NCBI GenBank assembly: GCA_964242585.1
Contig: CAXTBJ010000009.1
Location: forward strand, 8,991 to 72,990
Direction: 5' to 3'
DNA from: an uncultured Bryocella sp.
GTDB taxonomy: Bacteria > Acidobacteriota > Terriglobia > Terriglobales > Acidobacteriaceae
DNA: 64,000 nt
A model generated the notes under the pieces. It saw only the letters and a list, made by a program, of their open reading frames with translations. It was not told where the DNA came from and did no database searches. Shown piece by piece: positions 61,238-64,000 of this stretch (positions are counted from its first letter, which is position 1; the number at the start of each line of letters is the position of its first letter). The position numbers were made by a program, and so were the translations under genes.

Positions 61238-62449
61238 ATGTCGGTGACCTCTGTCGTGCGCCCCACTCCGGATCAGGTTTCCTCTCGCGCCACGGCGCAC
61301 CGCCTTCTCTCGCTCGACGTGCTGCGCGGTCTTACGATCGCAGGCATGATCCTGGTGACCGATCCCGGCACGTACAGCGCACGGTTTGCGCCGTTGCAGC
61401 ACGCGGCATGGGACGGCGCGACACTGACGGATATGATCTTCCCCTGCTTTCTGACCATGACAGGCGTATCTATGACGCTATCGTTTGCTTCGCGGCTCGC
61501 GCAGGGCGAAAGCATGAGGCGCCTGTGGCTGCACGCCTTCCGCCGATGCTGCCTGCTGATTGTGCTGGGCCTGCTGATCAATGGCTTTCCCTTCTACGAG
61601 CTCGCCCATCTGCGCCTGCCGGGCATTCTGCAGCGGATCGGGATCTGCTATTTTCTGGCGGCGTGCGTGTATCTTCCGCTGAAGCGTGAGGGCGTCAGCC
61701 GGCGTACGCACCTGTTTACGATCGGTGCCGTCATTTTTGTCTGCCTCGTCGGTTACTGGGCGCTGCTGGTGTCTTACCCGACGCCGGGTTTCGGGCCGGG
61801 GCATCTGGATTCGCTCGGCAATCTGCCCGCTGTTGTAGATCGTGCCATCTTCACCGTTCCTCACCTGTGGGCTTATGGACTCACGCCGGGGTACGGGGTC
61901 ACCTACGATTCCGAGGGTCTGCTGTCTACGATTCCAGCGCTGGCCACCGTGCTCTTCGGCGTGCTTGCGGGAGAACTCCTCCGCAACGGCGAACGCCGCG
62001 GGAGGCAAGCCGGTTTCCTCGCCGCCGCAGGCACTGTTATGTGGCTTGCCGGTCTTCTTCTGAGCCCCGTGCTTGCCCTCAACAAGCGCATCTATACGCC
62101 GACCTTTGCGCTCTTTTCAGACGGACTTTCGTTGCTGCTGCTCGCCGGCCTGTTTTACCTCATTGATATACGGGGCGTGCGCCGCGGCTGGACGCTGCTC
62201 CTCGTCTTCGGTACCAACGCCATCTTTGCCTTTGTGCTTTCAAGCGTGATTACCTCAATCCTGAGCGCCGTGCATGTACGCGCCGCCGGCAGGTCAATAC
62301 ACCTGTACACCTTTGTCTACGAGTACTTCTTTGCCGCATCCTGGTTTTCACCGGCACTCGGCTCCCTCGGCTATGCCGTTGTCATTATGCTTTTGAACGC
62401 GGCATTAATCTACCCGTTGTATAGGCGGCAGATCTTCCTCAAGCTCTAG
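61238..62449 (+). CDS. Heparan-alpha-glucosaminide N-acetyltransferase-like membrane acyltransferase (NagX/DUF5009)
   Basis: RLLSLDVLRGLT, HAAWDG.T.TD.IFP, GILQRI, EGLLST, NKRIYT. Confidence 0.88.
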   Translation: MSVTSVVRPTPDQVSSRATAHRLLSLDVLRGLTIAGMILVTDPGTYSARFAPLQHAAWDGATLTDMIFPCFLTMTGVSMTLSFASRLAQGESMRRLWLHAFRRCCLLIVLGLLINGFPFYELAHLRLPGILQRIGICYFLAACVYLPLKREGVSRRTHLFTIGAVIFVCLVGYWALLVSYPTPGFGPGHLDSLGNLPAVVDRAIFTVPHLWAYGLTPGYGVTYDSEGLLSTIPALATVLFGVLAGELLRNGERRGRQAGFLAAAGTVMWLAGLLLSPVLALNKRIYTPTFALFSDGLSLLLLAGLFYLIDIRGVRRGWTLLLVFGTNAIFAFVLSSVITSILSAVHVRAAGRSIHLYTFVYEYFFAASWFSPALGSLGYAVVIMLLNAALIYPLYRRQIFLKL

Positions 62450-62598
62450 CGCCAGGTCGACGGGCTATGCCTTATCTCCACGCAAGACGCTGCTTCTGCC
62501 TTCGTCAATGGTGTCTAGGCATCCAAGCGCCCGGGATCGCCCAGGACCGCATCCAAAGGATGGAAGCACAGGGTTGCCGACTTGAAACGGGGTACATT

Positions 62599-62865
62599 GT
62601 GGCGGACAGTCAAACGCAGGATCAGACCAATGAGGTTACGAAGCGCCAAGACAGCGCAACGAACGATGCGGCGGGTAAGCTGACCGGGGACCGCGGCGAT
62701 GCCAAGGCCGAGGCTTCGGGCTACCGTGGCAACAACCCCGGTACAGCCGGCTCGGGTGAAACGCATGTGAGCACGGCCACGCCGGAGAATTTTGACGGGC
62801 AGCTGAACCCGTCCGCGCCCGCCAACACCGGCACCACGCCCGGCAGCAATACCAAAGCCGGATGA
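62599..62865 (+). CDS. Small hydrophilic, low-complexity hypothetical protein
   Basis: 88-aa T/S/N/G/D-rich segment; GTG after GGGG; start uncertain. Confidence 0.5.
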   Translation: MADSQTQDQTNEVTKRQDSATNDAAGKLTGDRGDAKAEASGYRGNNPGTAGSGETHVSTATPENFDGQLNPSAPANTGTTPGSNTKAG

Positions 62866-62942
62866 GAGCCACTCGGCCATCCGTGGGGCGATACAATCGC
62901 TTGACCGCAACGGTTTTGATTGACGCACATCCCCGTAGCGAA

Positions 62943-63018
<76 letters not shown>

Positions 63019-63155
63019 ATAGTTCTGCGTATCCGGGACAAACGCGCTTGAAGATAGACAGACGCGCTTAGAGATAGATGAGCCGAGTCTGTCGGATGCG
63101 TCCAGGCCTTTTCGTCCTTGCCGCTCTTCTGATAGAAAGAGCGGGAGGTTTTTGT

Positions 63156-63764
63156 ATGAACGAGCGAAAGTTATATGCACTCCGTTTCAGGCTCGGCTTC
63201 TGTCGCGTCCTTGCGTCTCTGGTGTTGGTTATGGCACCGGGGCAGGCTCTGACGGCGGCTGGTGCGTCACCGCGGGTTCAGGCCGATACAAAACCCAGCC
63301 CGGTGGCAGTACCCACCATGCCCGGCAAGCCGTTCACCGCCGACGCGCTCACCAGGCTTTTGCCGCCCAGCGTGTACTTTCAGGGTCGAACGGCCATGTT
63401 GCAGTCGCGCAACGCCGGCGGAACAACCTTTGCCGGGGGCGCCGTCGTATGGGCCGCGCTTGTGGACACCTCAGGCTATGCATCGGATGTGCAGGAGCGA
63501 TATCAGTTTTACCTGGTAACGGAGGGCCCTCTGCAGGTCGGCTCCGCATCGCTGCCCGCCGGAGTCTACGGCGCGGGTTTCGTTGGGGAGCGTTTCCTCA
63601 TCATGGATGTGGGCGGCCACTCCCTGGCGGAAGGGACAACCCAACTGGACAGCACCCTGCAACGCCCGCGACCCCTGCAGATACTTCCCGAAAGCCCGGC
63701 TTCCGTCAGGCTTTACCTGGGCCGCCGCTGGGTTACGCTGAAGAGCAAGGCCGCCTCCCGCTAA
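63156..63764 (+). CDS. Secreted hypothetical protein
   Basis: ATG after GGAGG; hydrophobic signal; VYFQG...ALVDTSGY...YQFYL. Confidence 0.72.
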   Translation: MNERKLYALRFRLGFCRVLASLVLVMAPGQALTAAGASPRVQADTKPSPVAVPTMPGKPFTADALTRLLPPSVYFQGRTAMLQSRNAGGTTFAGGAVVWAALVDTSGYASDVQERYQFYLVTEGPLQVGSASLPAGVYGAGFVGERFLIMDVGGHSLAEGTTQLDSTLQRPRPLQILPESPASVRLYLGRRWVTLKSKAASR

Positions 63765-63939
63765 GGTCCGGCTTGACGCCTGCCCCGTGTGTGGCCGCTG
63801 CGGCTACGCCTGCCGTGTAGCCTGCTTCCACATCCAAGATGTTCTCTCGCAACATGCCGGGGCGGACGGAATGAGGTCAATCCGGTTCATCCAGTATCGC
63901 CCCTGCTGTATTCTAAGACGGCTCGTGTGCCCGATTCGC

Positions 63940-64000
63940 GGAGGGATGTGTGAGCGGTTGAAACAGGCGGTCTTGAAAACCGCTTAGCCCTAACGGGCTA
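63940..64000 (+). tRNA. tRNA-Ser (TGA), truncated by window end
   Basis: GGAGGGATG..., anticodon arm GCGGT-CTTGAAA-ACCGC, long variable arm TAGCCC-TAAC-GGGCTA. Confidence 0.9.

Overview
GC-rich bacterial chromosomal segment. Gene content (Oar-type TonB-dependent receptor, DUF885, lineage-type hypotheticals, GTCAT-type REP-like palindromes) suggests Acidobacteriaceae; this is inference. It is mostly core and housekeeping genes: gatB, mfd, galU, infC-rpmI-rplT, dinB, typA, sodA, tRNA-Ile2(CAT) and a partial tRNA-Ser(TGA). Envelope and stress genes are interspersed. I saw no phage, integrase, transposase or CRISPR array. Most notable: (1) a circularly permuted ATP-grasp / alpha-E / transglutaminase module split by two opposite-strand GT-C-like membrane genes, with a 5x15-bp repeat upstream of alpha-E and a poly-Q tail on the transglutaminase; (2) a DprE1/DprE2-like pair plus an AftB-like GT-C enzyme, suggesting lipid-linked arabinofuranosylation; (3) a 238-nt structured rpmI-rplT spacer, a candidate L20 leader; (4) infC starting at ATC; (5) a tandem Tat-exported ferritin-like pair in which one copy lacks a diiron ligand; (6) an RND adaptor with five 15-aa LGxxF repeats; (7) many apparently leaderless genes; (8) a frameshifted TonB receptor and an internally deleted amidohydrolase. 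Product calls come from motif recognition by eye, not database searches.
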